DNA of 64,000 bases from an uncultured Fibrobacterota bacterium (GCA_963729895.1 CAVSQB010000019.1:1-64000); one strand, 5' to 3'. Positions 21,029-30,699 are shown, counted from the stretch's first letter. The notes: generated from the letters alone by a model not told the origin. Numbers and translations: made by a program.

Positions 21029-21952
21029 ATGCCACTAAATCAAGTTGCCTTTGTATTTCCCGGGGCCGCAGTCGAGCCCTGCGGCGCGGAAGCGTCGTTT
21101 TACGCCAGACACGCGGACATCATGAGGCCGTTTCTCGTCAAGGCGTCGAGCGCCGCGGGGACCGATTTTGTTGATACGGTGAAGAACGGAACGCTCGGCC
21201 AGCTTGACGAAAGGAACAACCAGGTTTTCACATTTGCCTATTCGCACGGCGTGGCTCAGGCCCACATGGCTGCCGGCATATCGCCGGCCGTGCTGGCGGG
21301 ATACAGTCTCGGAATCTATGCCGCGGTCTCGGTGTCCGGGGCCGCAGGGTTCGACGAATGCCTCGGGATTGTGGGCATGGCCTTCGACATCATGAAGGCG
21401 CGGTGCGGAGCAGGCACCTTTGGCATGGGCGCGATAATAGGGCTTTCCGAGGAAGAAACGGTGAGGATCCTGGAATCGGGCGAATATCCGTCGGTATGCC
21501 GGACAAACACCAACAACGAAACGTGCGGCGTCTTCTCCGGCCTCAAAGACGATATGGGGCGCTTCTTTACGGAGGCGCGTGGCTGCGGAGCGCTCTCCAC
21601 CACAATGTTCAGGGTGAGCGTGCCGTACCATCATCCCCGGTATATTGCCGCGGCCTCACAGACGTTCCTTGACGCCCTGCAAACCCTTTTCTGGCGCGAC
21701 GCGGAAATTCCGATCATATCGTCCATCAACCAGGCGCCGCTGGTGAAGGCGGCCGATCTTGCGGGATTTCTGTCGCAGAACCTTGCGTCGCCCGTGCATT
21801 GGCAAAAAGTGGCGGAAACTATTGCACGCAGGGGAGCGACAATCGCGTATGAATGCGGCCCCGGCATTTCGCTGTGCCAGAACAACAGGTTTATCCCGAA
21901 CCACCTGCGGTACGTGACAATCAGGAAATCCGTGCGGAGAGATACGGTGTGA
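21029..21952 (+). CDS. FabD-like ACP S-acyltransferase
   Basis: FVFPG, GYSLG (catalytic Ser), VPYHH, SPVHW, ECGPG. Confidence 0.9.
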   Translation: MPLNQVAFVFPGAAVEPCGAEASFYARHADIMRPFLVKASSAAGTDFVDTVKNGTLGQLDERNNQVFTFAYSHGVAQAHMAAGISPAVLAGYSLGIYAAVSVSGAAGFDECLGIVGMAFDIMKARCGAGTFGMGAIIGLSEEETVRILESGEYPSVCRTNTNNETCGVFSGLKDDMGRFFTEARGCGALSTTMFRVSVPYHHPRYIAAASQTFLDALQTLFWRDAEIPIISSINQAPLVKAADLAGFLSQNLASPVHWQKVAETIARRGATIAYECGPGISLCQNNRFIPNHLRYVTIRKSVRRDTV

Positions 21953-23013
21953 GCAGAAACATCTGCATCGCGGGAAGCGGGAAGATCGCCCGGGACGCGG
22001 GACTGTACTTCCTCACAAGGGGGAATGCCGTTTCGTGGGTGTCGCACAGCGAGGACTGCATCGTACGCCTGCAGTCGCGGGTCGACAAAGCGGTTCACCG
22101 GTTCATGAAGAATGCCGGCGGCGCGGTGCGGCGGATTTCCGCGTCGTTCTCTATGTACGGCGAACTTGAACGCGAATCGTTTGACGTGATTTTCGAATGC
22201 TCCAGGGAATCGCCGGAGGTAAAGCAGCGTGTCTTTGCGGAGTTAGTCGAACACGCCGGTCCTCATGCGATTTTCCTTTCGGCATCGTCGTCGATCCTTC
22301 CCTCGGAAATTGGCGCCGCGTGCTGTGGCCTGCATGTGTTTTACCCTATGGAACTCTCCGGGATTGCGGAGGTTATCGTGCCGCCCGACGTGCCTGCAGC
22401 CAAACAGGACGCTGTGTTCGCGTTTTGCAAGGATAACGGCATTGCCTGCATCGCGGAGAACGAGAGCAACGCGTTTGCGGTGAACCGGCTGCTCTTGCCC
22501 CTGCAAAACGAGGTCTTCCTAAGCGTGGCAAGCGGTATTTGCTCCGATGATGTCAATGCGGCTTCCGCGTCTGCGCTGGTTCCCATGGGTCAGTACGACT
22601 TGGTGCGTTCCGTAGGGCCGTTGGTCGTCGCATCGGCGGTGCGAAACTACCGGTCGCGGATGAGTGCGGCGTGCAGCGCAATGTTCAATCCGCTTTCGGA
22701 GGGACTTGCGAATGCAGCCGCGTGCGGCGGAAAGTCCTTAGAGGGGAGAAGACTGCAGCCCCGGGAACGTGACGAGCTTACCACGACCTTATATTATCTT
22801 TTCATCAACACGTGCCTGGAGTTCCTGGAGCGCAAACAAATAAATGCAGCCGATCTTGACCTGGCGCTCGACTCGATTTTTGGTGCTGAGCTGTCTTTCC
22901 CGCAGGCACTGGCGAAAGAGGAAAAACCTGCAATTGCAAAGGCCTTGGAAACAGCATTGAGAAATAGCGGAAAAGAGTATTTCAGGCCGTCGACGTTGTT
23001 GTTTTTGAGCTGA
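21949..23013 (+). CDS. 3-hydroxyacyl-CoA dehydrogenase-like protein
   Basis: IAGSGKIA Rossmann motif, ECSRESPEVKQRVF, SASSSI, GLHVFYP, FAVNRLL; GTG start overlaps the upstream stop. Confidence 0.85.
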   Translation: MSRNICIAGSGKIARDAGLYFLTRGNAVSWVSHSEDCIVRLQSRVDKAVHRFMKNAGGAVRRISASFSMYGELERESFDVIFECSRESPEVKQRVFAELVEHAGPHAIFLSASSSILPSEIGAACCGLHVFYPMELSGIAEVIVPPDVPAAKQDAVFAFCKDNGIACIAENESNAFAVNRLLLPLQNEVFLSVASGICSDDVNAASASALVPMGQYDLVRSVGPLVVASAVRNYRSRMSAACSAMFNPLSEGLANAAACGGKSLEGRRLQPRERDELTTTLYYLFINTCLEFLERKQINAADLDLALDSIFGAELSFPQALAKEEKPAIAKALETALRNSGKEYFRPSTLLFLS

Positions 23014-23033
23014 ACTTTGGACGACAGTTTACC

Positions 23034-23771
23034 GTGAGAACCTATATGCACGTCGTATACTCAACAGAAGATTCGCTGGGCAGGATTGTTCTTTCCGACC
23101 CTCCGTATAACTATCTCCTCAAGCCTGAATTCGAAAAGCCGGAGACGCTCCGTAATTTTCTGTCGCGCCCCGAACTCAAAGGCGTGATTGTCTCAGGCGC
23201 CGGCAGACATTTCTGCGGCGGTGCGGACGCGAAAGGACTCGGGGAACTGGCGAACGGCCCGGATAGGCTCGGCAGGGCAATGGAAAAAGGCAAGGCGCTG
23301 CTCGATATCGTGCGATACGCAACGGTTCCCGTTGTGGCCGCGGTCCGCGGCGGATGTTTCGGCGCCGGCCTGGAAATTGCGCTTGCGTGCCATTTCCGTT
23401 TTGCTTCGAAATCGGCGCTGTTCGGCTTTCCCGAATCGCAAGAGAACCTCATGCCCGGCCTCGGTGGTACCTTGGTCTCGCAGGAAATCGTGCGCAGGAG
23501 GCACGTCATAGATCTTGTGGTGTCCGGCAGGATGATTGGAGCGGCCGAGGCCGAATCCATGGGGCTTGTTGACAAATGCTGCAATCCGAAGGACGTTGAG
23601 AACGATGCCAAATCCTTTCTCGACCGGCTCACCCGACAGCGCCCCTGCGCGCTCATACGGAAGATCATGGAATCTGTCAATAACGCCCGGCGCCTTCCGC
23701 TTGCAAGTGCGCTTCGCAGGGAAACGGAGCTTTTTTCCGAGGCGCTGCGGGAGCACTATGGCGCCGCCTGA
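23034..23771 (+). CDS. Enoyl-CoA hydratase/isomerase family protein
   Basis: GRHFCGGAD, GGCFGAGLEIAL, FGFPES, LMPGLGG. Confidence 0.92.
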   Translation: MRTYMHVVYSTEDSLGRIVLSDPPYNYLLKPEFEKPETLRNFLSRPELKGVIVSGAGRHFCGGADAKGLGELANGPDRLGRAMEKGKALLDIVRYATVPVVAAVRGGCFGAGLEIALACHFRFASKSALFGFPESQENLMPGLGGTLVSQEIVRRRHVIDLVVSGRMIGAAEAESMGLVDKCCNPKDVENDAKSFLDRLTRQRPCALIRKIMESVNNARRLPLASALRRETELFSEALREHYGAA

Positions 23772-24195
23772 GAAAGGTGCTACTCGCCCGAACACTCGTT
23801 GCGCTGCGCACCGTGCCCGGCGAGCTGTAGCTTCTTTTCTTGAAATCGTCCCCGTTGCGCATGTCAAACGCGCCCGCGCCGCCGTGATGAGAGAAAATTT
23901 GTCAAGAAGGGAAATCGTTCGCTGGGCGCATGCCCCTGCACAGACCATTGCCGGCATTATCGCACTCAAGAGGGCGATTCTTTCTCTGGTACGCGCCACG
24001 TCAACATCAGCCGTTGCCGCACGCGAAATCGAACTGTCGCATGCAAGGAATGGGGCGCCGCGGCTTCTGTCCTTTGCAAAAAAGCGCGGCCCCGCAGCGC
24101 CTGTCAAGAAGGATATCCGCCTCTCGGTGTCGCATACGAAAACCCATGCCTTTGCAATCGCAGTGCATTGTCGAAAAGGGGAAACCAATGGCTGA
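23758..24195 (+). CDS. Degenerate AcpS/PPTase-like protein
   Basis: AGIIALKRA in place of AGRFAAKEA, EIELSHARNGAP, LSVSHT; lacks GxD and the catalytic Glu; fills the gap between the two hydratase genes with overlapping ends. Confidence 0.65.
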   Translation: MAPPEKGATRPNTRCAAHRARRAVASFLEIVPVAHVKRARAAVMRENLSRREIVRWAHAPAQTIAGIIALKRAILSLVRATSTSAVAAREIELSHARNGAPRLLSFAKKRGPAAPVKKDIRLSVSHTKTHAFAIAVHCRKGETNG

Positions 24196-24808
24196 CAAGG
24201 CCGTTGCCCTGGAACGTCGGGGTTCCATGGCGTTTCTCACGCTTTCCGCCCCGCCCAAGAACGAAATGGGCGAATTATTTTTTCGTGATCTAACCGGTCT
24301 CAAGCAGGAATTGCAACGGCTGGAGGTGAAGGGCATGATCGTGCGCGGGCAGGGAAGGCATTTCTCGTCCGGCGCAAACCTCGAGGAACTGAGGGCAATC
24401 GTTTCACACGCTCCCGCTCGTGAAGGGATGGGAGTGCTTTTCGACAACAGCGATATGTTTTCGGCGCTGGCCTCGCTGCCGTTTCCCGTTGTGGCGGCCA
24501 TCACGGGCTGCTGCCTGGGAAGCGGGCTGGAGCTGGCACTTGCCTGCGGGTTCCGGGTGGCGGCGCACAACGCGGTCCTGGGCCTGCCCGAGTCGAGCTT
24601 CGGGCTTATGCCGGGCTGCGGCGGCACTGTTCGCCTCACGCGGCTGGTGGGGTATCAAAAGGCCGCCGAGCTGATAGTGACGGGCGACTCCTTGCTTGCG
24701 CCGGATGCGCTGGAGGTTGGGCTGGTCGACGCGGTTGTTGACAAACATGACGTGGAGGCCGCTGCGATACGGTTTGTGGAGACGCTGGGAAATGACGGCT
24801 TTTTCTGA
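24188..24808 (+). CDS. Second enoyl-CoA hydratase/isomerase (short)
   Basis: GRHFSSGANL, GCCLGSGLELAL, LGLPES, LMPGCGG. Confidence 0.92.
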   Translation: MADKAVALERRGSMAFLTLSAPPKNEMGELFFRDLTGLKQELQRLEVKGMIVRGQGRHFSSGANLEELRAIVSHAPAREGMGVLFDNSDMFSALASLPFPVVAAITGCCLGSGLELALACGFRVAAHNAVLGLPESSFGLMPGCGGTVRLTRLVGYQKAAELIVTGDSLLAPDALEVGLVDAVVDKHDVEAAAIRFVETLGNDGFF

Positions 24809-24916
24809 TCCGCGGTACGTCGTCCTCAGCCGGCCCTTTCCCTTGACTATTATGTATATTAATTTCGAACAGGTACGCTCGTTTTACACCTCCAAATCTT
24901 GAAAGTAAACAAGCTC

Positions 24917-26212
24917 ATGAAGAGAATTCCCATTGTCCGCCTGTGGAGTCCGGAAGGCAAACGGCTGCTTGCTGCGATGAGGGAAGCCCGGCAGGGACGC
25001 GCGTCCCAGGCGCAGGCAATCGTGAACAAGGTCCTTGCCGACGTTCGCGCGAAAGGCGATTCCGCACTTTTCGGCTACACGAGAAAGTTCGACCGCGTCG
25101 CAGTTACCAAAGGCACCATCCGGCTTTCCCCATCGTACATCCGGGGCCGGGCACAGCGTGCACCGGAGGCGTTCAAACGGTCCTGCGCCGAGGCGGCAAA
25201 ACGCATACGTTCGTTTCATGAAAAACAAAGGCCGACAGTGTTCTCAATGCGAACTCCGGAAGGAGTGCTCTCGCAGGTCGTGCGGCCCATCCGCCGCGCG
25301 GGCGTGTATGTGCCGGGCGGATACACGTTGTATCCGTCAAGCGTCTTGATGAACGTGATACCGGCCCGGATCGCGGGAGTCGCCGAAATCGCGGTGGCCA
25401 CCCCGCCGCGCGGCGAGCTTGACCCCTGCATCGCCTTCGCGCTTTCGCTGCTGAACGTAACCGAAGTATACCGCATGGGCGGCGCCCAGGCCATTGCCGC
25501 CTTCGCGTACGGCACGCACAGCGTGGCCGCAGTGGACAAAATTGTCGGCCCGGGCAATCTGTATGTCGCGCTTGCAAAGAAGGCCGTGTACGGCACCGTC
25601 GACATCGATTCGGTTGCCGGCCCGAGCGAGGTGATCGTGCTGGCCGACAGATCGGCCAACCCTTCGTGGGTGGCGCTCGACCTGCTTGCCCAGGCCGAGC
25701 ACGGAAGCGGCGACGAGACCGCGCTGTGCGTCACCGAGGATGCACGCTTCGCCTCCCGCCTGCAGGCCTGTGTTACGCAGGAGATCGACGCGTCGCCGGT
25801 GAAGCGGGTGTTCGAAAAACTCCGGCCCGGCTCGCTGTGCATCTGCATCGCGGCAAACCGGAACCAGAGCATAGAATTTGTCAACAAATGCGCGCCCGAG
25901 CACCTGGAAATCTTCACGGCATCGTGCAAAGAAGATCTCGCCGCCGTCACCAACGCCGGCGCGGTGTTTCTCGGACCTTGGTCGCCGGTTGCCATGGGCG
26001 ACTATTTTGCGGGAACCAACCACGTGCTTCCTACGGGAGGGGCGGCGCGGTTCGCATCGCCCCTCGGGGTGGAGAGTTTTGTCAAGCGGATGTCGGTTGC
26101 GGAAATCAGCAAGGCCGGGTTGCGCCGCGCCGCGCCGCACGTGTCGGTGCTTGCCAGAACGGAAAAGTTCGTCCATCATGCAATGAGCGTCGAACGAAGG
26201 GTAAGAGGATAA
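24917..26212 (+). CDS. hisD: Histidinol dehydrogenase
   Basis: GVYVPGG, GGAQAIAA, KIVGPGN, AGPSE, QAEH, APEHL, AGTNHVLPT. Confidence 0.97.
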   Translation: MKRIPIVRLWSPEGKRLLAAMREARQGRASQAQAIVNKVLADVRAKGDSALFGYTRKFDRVAVTKGTIRLSPSYIRGRAQRAPEAFKRSCAEAAKRIRSFHEKQRPTVFSMRTPEGVLSQVVRPIRRAGVYVPGGYTLYPSSVLMNVIPARIAGVAEIAVATPPRGELDPCIAFALSLLNVTEVYRMGGAQAIAAFAYGTHSVAAVDKIVGPGNLYVALAKKAVYGTVDIDSVAGPSEVIVLADRSANPSWVALDLLAQAEHGSGDETALCVTEDARFASRLQACVTQEIDASPVKRVFEKLRPGSLCICIAANRNQSIEFVNKCAPEHLEIFTASCKEDLAAVTNAGAVFLGPWSPVAMGDYFAGTNHVLPTGGAARFASPLGVESFVKRMSVAEISKAGLRRAAPHVSVLARTEKFVHHAMSVERRVRG

Positions 26213-26223
26213 AGTTAAAAAGA

Positions 26224-26368
26224 AGAATTTGGGCGTTCCCCCCGCTACGGGGGTCGGTCTCCCTGCGGGCTCGGCTGTTCGCCTCGTTGCCGGGCCGCCC
26301 CGATGGCCTTCGGCCGGGGTCGGCCGGCAATCCCGCTATAGCGGGACCACTCCGGTCCACCTAACGCG
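26224..26368 (-). ncRNA. Structured non-coding element, copy A (possibly Flavo-1-like)
   Basis: Minus strand GCGTTAGG...CCGACCC(hairpin)GGGAACGCCCAAATTCT; shares exact 13-18 nt blocks with copies B and C. Confidence 0.6.
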
Positions 26369-26520
26369 AAAGACAAGAGACTGGAAACTGACAAAAGGTA
26401 ATATAAAAGTGGGAACAGGGCGCGGATGGATTTATTTGTATTAGTAAGGCACTGCTCTCATGAGACCGCTCGCATCCTCCGGATTGGATGGATTCTCATA
26501 ATCTCAGACAGGGTCTATTC

Positions 26521-27716
26521 ATGAGCTACAATCTTGATCCTATCCGCGATTTGGTAAAGAGATTCTCTCAAAACAAGGAATCCTACTCCGCTGCCTCCTA
26601 CAACGAAACCCAGCTACGCCAGGAATTCCTCAATCCGTTTCTCGAAGCCCTTGGCTGGGACGTGTCCAACAAACAAGGCTATGCCGAAGCCTACAAAGAA
26701 GTCATCCACGAAGACGCGGTGAAAATCGGCACCGCCACCAAGGCCCCGGACTATTCTTTCCGGGTGGGCGGAACACGCAAGTTTTTTGTCGAGGCCAAGA
26801 GGCCTTTTGTTAATATCAAAGAGGATGTCAGCCCGGCTTTTCAGCTTCGCCGCTATGCGTGGTCGGCAAAACTGCCGCTTTCGATTCTCACGAATTTCGA
26901 AAGTCCAGGTATCATTCCGAAGCCACAGGAAAAGTCCACCACATTGAATCAAAACTCATGCATCCCTTGTGTAAAGGTTCTATCGACATCAAGCGATATC
27001 ACACCGGTATGCTAGAAAAATCCATCTTGTTTCCGTACAAACTTGTTGGTGGAAAAGCCGTGTTGTTTGCCGCTGAAGAGGTCAAAAGGAAATACCCGAA
27101 CGCATGGAAATACCTGAACGAGAATAAAACCTCGCTGGAATCCAGAGAGCATGGGAAATGGAAACACGACAAATGGCATGCATTCGGACGTTCGCAGAAC
27201 TTGAGTGAAATGGAACAGAAGAAGATTCTGACTCCCAGTATAGCAAAGGAAGCTTCTTTCACGTTGGACGTTAGCGATTTCTTCTATTTTGTCGGCAGCG
27301 GTGGCGGCGGTGGCGGCGGATACGGGATAACACTGGCACACGATTCGAAAATCACTTATGAATACTTGCTGGGTCTGTTAAATTCGAAGTTGCTCGACGC
27401 TTACCTGAAATCGATCAGTAGCCCGTTTAGCGGCGGGTACTATGCTTACAACCGCCAATTCATCGAATTGCTACCAATTCGTCCGATCAACTTCTCCAGC
27501 CCCTCGGACAAATCCCTTCATGACCAAATAGCCCACTTCGTTTCTTCACTTCTCAACCTCCACAAGAAACTCAAGACCGCCAAAGGTCATTTGAACGTTC
27601 TTGTCGAGAGAGAAATTGCTTACGCCGAAAGCCGCATTGACGAACTCGTCTACGACCTGTACGGCTTGACCGCAGAAGAAATCAAAATCGTCGAGGGCGC
27701 CGGCGAAGCAAAGTAG
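26521..27716 (+). pseudogene. Type IIG (Eco57I-like) restriction-modification gene with the methyltransferase core deleted
   Basis: N-terminal nuclease (YNETQLRQEF, PDY..FFVEAK, QLRRYAW, ILTNFE) joined out of frame near 26900 to a TaqI-C-like specificity domain (YLLGLLNSKLL, LPIRPI, IDELVYDLYGLT); no DPACGSG or NPPY motif. Confidence 0.85.
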
Positions 27717-27779
27717 AATTTCCCTTATTCAGGGCGCGCAAATCCGCTACTTGCTTTTATGTCGTCCCGGAGCTGAATA

Positions 27780-27808
27780 TTGACATCAACCCCAAAATGG
27801 TGTATATT
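27780..27808 (+). promoter_or_regulatory. Sigma70 promoter of the XRE gene
   Basis: TTGACA-N17-TATATT. Confidence 0.7.
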
Positions 27809-27844
27809 GAAACGCGACCTTTTCAATTATCATTGAGGTTTACT

Positions 27845-28228
27845 ATGTCGGCAGTCGCGAAGACGCACCATACTAGAAGGACAAGCACGGCTAGACCCTA
27901 TCTGTTCTTTTTCAAACGTACCACGCCCCGCAGAATCCTTGCGGATGCGAAAAGGCGATATGCCCCGTATTTGAATGTTGCGGACGACGAGAGTGTTCCC
28001 ATAACCGAAACGGAATGGTATCGGCGGATGTCAAAGGATATGACCCCGGCGCGATGCCTGAAGACCTACCGGGAAATCCACGGTTATTCTCAGGCCCGGC
28101 TTGGCGAACTTGTAGGCGCGCCGGCAAGTAGGATTTCTGACTTTGAAACGGGTCAACGGGCAATAAGCAGGATGAACGCCAAAAAACTTGCCGCGATATT
28201 CAACGTAACTCCAGGCATATTTATCTGA
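27845..28228 (+). CDS. XRE-family HTH regulator (HigA-like antitoxin)
   Basis: C-terminal HTH: LKTYREIHGYSQARLGELVG...ISDFETGQRAIS...AKKLA; RBS GAGG. Confidence 0.85.
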   Translation: MSAVAKTHHTRRTSTARPYLFFFKRTTPRRILADAKRRYAPYLNVADDESVPITETEWYRRMSKDMTPARCLKTYREIHGYSQARLGELVGAPASRISDFETGQRAISRMNAKKLAAIFNVTPGIFI

Positions 28229-28387
28229 TCCCCACCCGGATTCTTTTCTTAACGAAGAGAATCCGCCCCAACTCCTCACTATTCCGTTCCACAAAGTTTC
28301 GTGCTGTTTGCATGAGAGAGTATGCGAGTGGTTTTCACGCCAGCCGGTCTGCAGGGCGCGCAAATCCGCCGAGTATTGTTTTTATTT

Positions 28388-28549
28388 CGCGACGGGGAGG
28401 ACTGGAGAGTGCGCTGGAGCGCATTGCCGGCCGACCCCGCCGCCGGGCTTCCGGGGCGCGGTCCGGCAACGAGGCCGAAAGGCCAAGCTCGAGAGGACGA
28501 CCCTTGGAAGCACCCGACGGGGTGGGCCCGGTGCCGAAGGCAGGCGCCC
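28388..28549 (+). ncRNA. Structured non-coding element, copy B
   Basis: Shares ATTGCCGGCCGACCCCG (28423-28439) and CCGGCAACGAGGC (28463-28475) with copy A in inverted orientation; multiple hairpins. Confidence 0.55.
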
Positions 28550-28596
28550 GGATTTACTATTTATTTTGAGCTTTGCTCTAATGAAAAAAGAAGAAT

Positions 28597-28670
<74 letters not shown>

Positions 28671-28717
28671 CAAAACAATGGAAAAAAAGGAAGGCATGTG
28701 ACCTTCCTTTGAAATGA

Positions 28718-28794
28718 TGGAGCGAGAGACGGGATTTGAACCCGCGACGGCCACCTTGGCAAGGTGGAGCTCTACCAGTCTGAGCTACTCTCGC
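28718..28794 (-). tRNA. tRNA-Gly(GCC)
   Basis: GCGAGAGTAGCTCAG...CCACC-TTGCCAA-GGTGG...GTTCAAATCC...CTCTCGCTCCA. Confidence 0.97.
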
Positions 28795-28809
28795 TTGATG
28801 CGAACGTAA

Positions 28810-28838
28810 AAGATAGTTTATTCTGAAAAATCTGTCAA
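28810..28838 (-). promoter_or_regulatory. Sigma70 promoter of the tRNA-Gly/tRNA-Cys operon
   Basis: Minus strand TTGACA-N17-TATCTT, 15 nt upstream of tRNA-Gly. Confidence 0.7.
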
Positions 28839-28863
28839 GCCGTAAGTAGCCCGTGGTCCTTTG

Positions 28864-29148
28864 TTACGGGTTCCTTCCCGTAGGGTTCCATGCCTGAGCA
28901 GTGAGCATAATAAGGGCAATGAACGCCATGGTGCCGATTGCAAGAATGGCGAATTTTCCGTAATCGACTTTCCGCTTGACTATTTTGATCTTGCCGGCGT
29001 TCCCCCTGCCAACCGTATCTGCCGATCGCTTGATGGAATCGGCCTTTATGCTGTCCGCTCGCTGCACGGGGAATGTTCCGAACGGTGTTTGGGAACTGGC
29101 CGGTATGGCAAGAGATGCAACCAAAAGAAATTCAAACACGCGTTTCAT
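28864..29148 (-). CDS. Small exported/membrane hypothetical protein
   Basis: Signal peptide, ADS repeats, C-terminal TM helix. Confidence 0.65.
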   Translation of the reverse strand: MKRVFEFLLVASLAIPASSQTPFGTFPVQRADSIKADSIKRSADTVGRGNAGKIKIVKRKVDYGKFAILAIGTMAFIALIMLTAQAWNPTGRNP

Positions 29149-29268
29149 ACTATGCTCAACAGCCCAAGTTTTTGCAGAATATGCACTTTGTCGCTTGTTT
29201 CCTTTCTTTTTCCCCGGCCTCGGGCGAGTGATGACGAAGAATCCGGCTCCGGTCCGCAGGGTTTGGCG

Positions 29269-30699
29269 CTATCCTCTGGAGAGAAGGCTCGAAACCAGCC
29301 TGCCGATCTCTTTCGGGTTGCCTTTGCCGTTTGTGGCTTTCATTGCCTGGCCCACAAAGAAACCCATGAGTTTCGTTTCTCCGGCCTTGAATCGTTGGGC
29401 TTCGTTGGTATTTTTTGCCAGTATGTCCTTTACGATTTTCTCCAGCTCGCCTGAATCCGATATCTGGGTAAGGCCCTGTTCCGCAACAACCGATGCCGGG
29501 TCCTTGTCCTGCACTTCCATTATGTCAAATACCTTCTTCGCAACATTTTTGGACACCGCAGCCTGCGCAACAAGTCCGAGCAACTGCCCAAGCCGTTGCG
29601 GTGTTACCTTGAGGGATGCAACCGGAATTTTCTTTTCCTTGGTAACGCGCAGCACTTCTCCCATCACCCAGTTCGCAACGAGCTTTGCGTCTTTACAGAA
29701 CGAAAGCGTGTCTTCGAAGTACTGCGAAATCGCCCGCTCCGAGGTGAGCACCTCGGCCATGTAGACCGTGACGCCAAGGTCCGCAACAAACCTCGCGCGC
29801 TTGGCCGCAGGGAGTTCGGGCATGGCGCTTGCGACGGTCTCAATCCACGTGTCGTCAACAACGAGCGGCAGGAGATCCGGTTCGGGGAAATACCGGTAGT
29901 CGTGAGCGTCTTCCTTGGAACGCATGACGACCGTCTGGTTCTTGTCCGGGTCCCATTTGTACGTCTGCTGTACAATCGCCTCGCCCGAGTTCAACGCGTC
30001 GCGCTGGCGCAGCGCCTCGTAGGCAAGCGCTTTTTCGACCCCGCGAAAGGTATTCATATTCTTGAGCTCAGTCTTGACGCCGAGTTTTGTTTGGCCTTGG
30101 GGCCTGATGGAAATATTTGCGTCGCATCGCAGGCTGCCCTCTTCCATATTGCAGTCGCAAATCCCAAGATACTCGAGTATCTGCTCGATGCCGACGAGAT
30201 AGGCATAGGCTTCCCTGGCACTCCTGAGGTCCGGTTCGGAAACGATTTCTATGAGGGGCGTGCCGCAACGATTCACGTCGAACAGGGAGTCCGCATCCTG
30301 GTCGTGAATGAGTTTGCCTGCGTCTTCCTCAAGATGGATACGGTTGATCCGGATGTTCTTCTTCACCCCGTCGGTTTCTATCTCCAGGGAGCCGTTTGTG
30401 CACAGGGGCATGTCGTACTGAGAAATCTGGTAGCCCTTTGGAAGGTCGGGGTAGAAATAGTTCTTTCTTGCAAAAACAGACCGATGCGAAATTGTGCACC
30501 CAACCGCCAAACCCATGAGGATGGCCATTTCCACGACTTTTCGATTGAGCACCGGCAGAGCGCCGGGAAGCCCGAGGCACACGGGACAGCCGTGCGAATT
30601 GGGGGCATCGCCGAATTTTGGCGCGCATCCGCAGAAGATTTTTGTTCTGGTAAGCAGTTCGGCGTGTATCTCAAGGCCGATAACGGTTTCAAATTCCAT
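29269..30699 (-). CDS. gatB: Asp/Glu-tRNA amidotransferase subunit B
   Basis: VIGLEIHAEL, RKNYFYPDLPKGYQISQ, HLEEDAGK, YRYFPEPDL. Confidence 0.98.
   Translation of the reverse strand: MEFETVIGLEIHAELLTRTKIFCGCAPKFGDAPNSHGCPVCLGLPGALPVLNRKVVEMAILMGLAVGCTISHRSVFARKNYFYPDLPKGYQISQYDMPLCTNGSLEIETDGVKKNIRINRIHLEEDAGKLIHDQDADSLFDVNRCGTPLIEIVSEPDLRSAREAYAYLVGIEQILEYLGICDCNMEEGSLRCDANISIRPQGQTKLGVKTELKNMNTFRGVEKALAYEALRQRDALNSGEAIVQQTYKWDPDKNQTVVMRSKEDAHDYRYFPEPDLLPLVVDDTWIETVASAMPELPAAKRARFVADLGVTVYMAEVLTSERAISQYFEDTLSFCKDAKLVANWVMGEVLRVTKEKKIPVASLKVTPQRLGQLLGLVAQAAVSKNVAKKVFDIMEVQDKDPASVVAEQGLTQISDSGELEKIVKDILAKNTNEAQRFKAGETKLMGFFVGQAMKATNGKGNPKEIGRLVSSLLSRG

Noticed and set aside
17439..24808. 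Beta-branching cassette, aryl-polyene or dialkylresorcinol interpretation
   Set aside because: The ketosynthase keeps its Cys; there is no clear HMG-CoA synthase, chain-length factor, FabG/FabZ or DarA; both crotonases keep two Glu.
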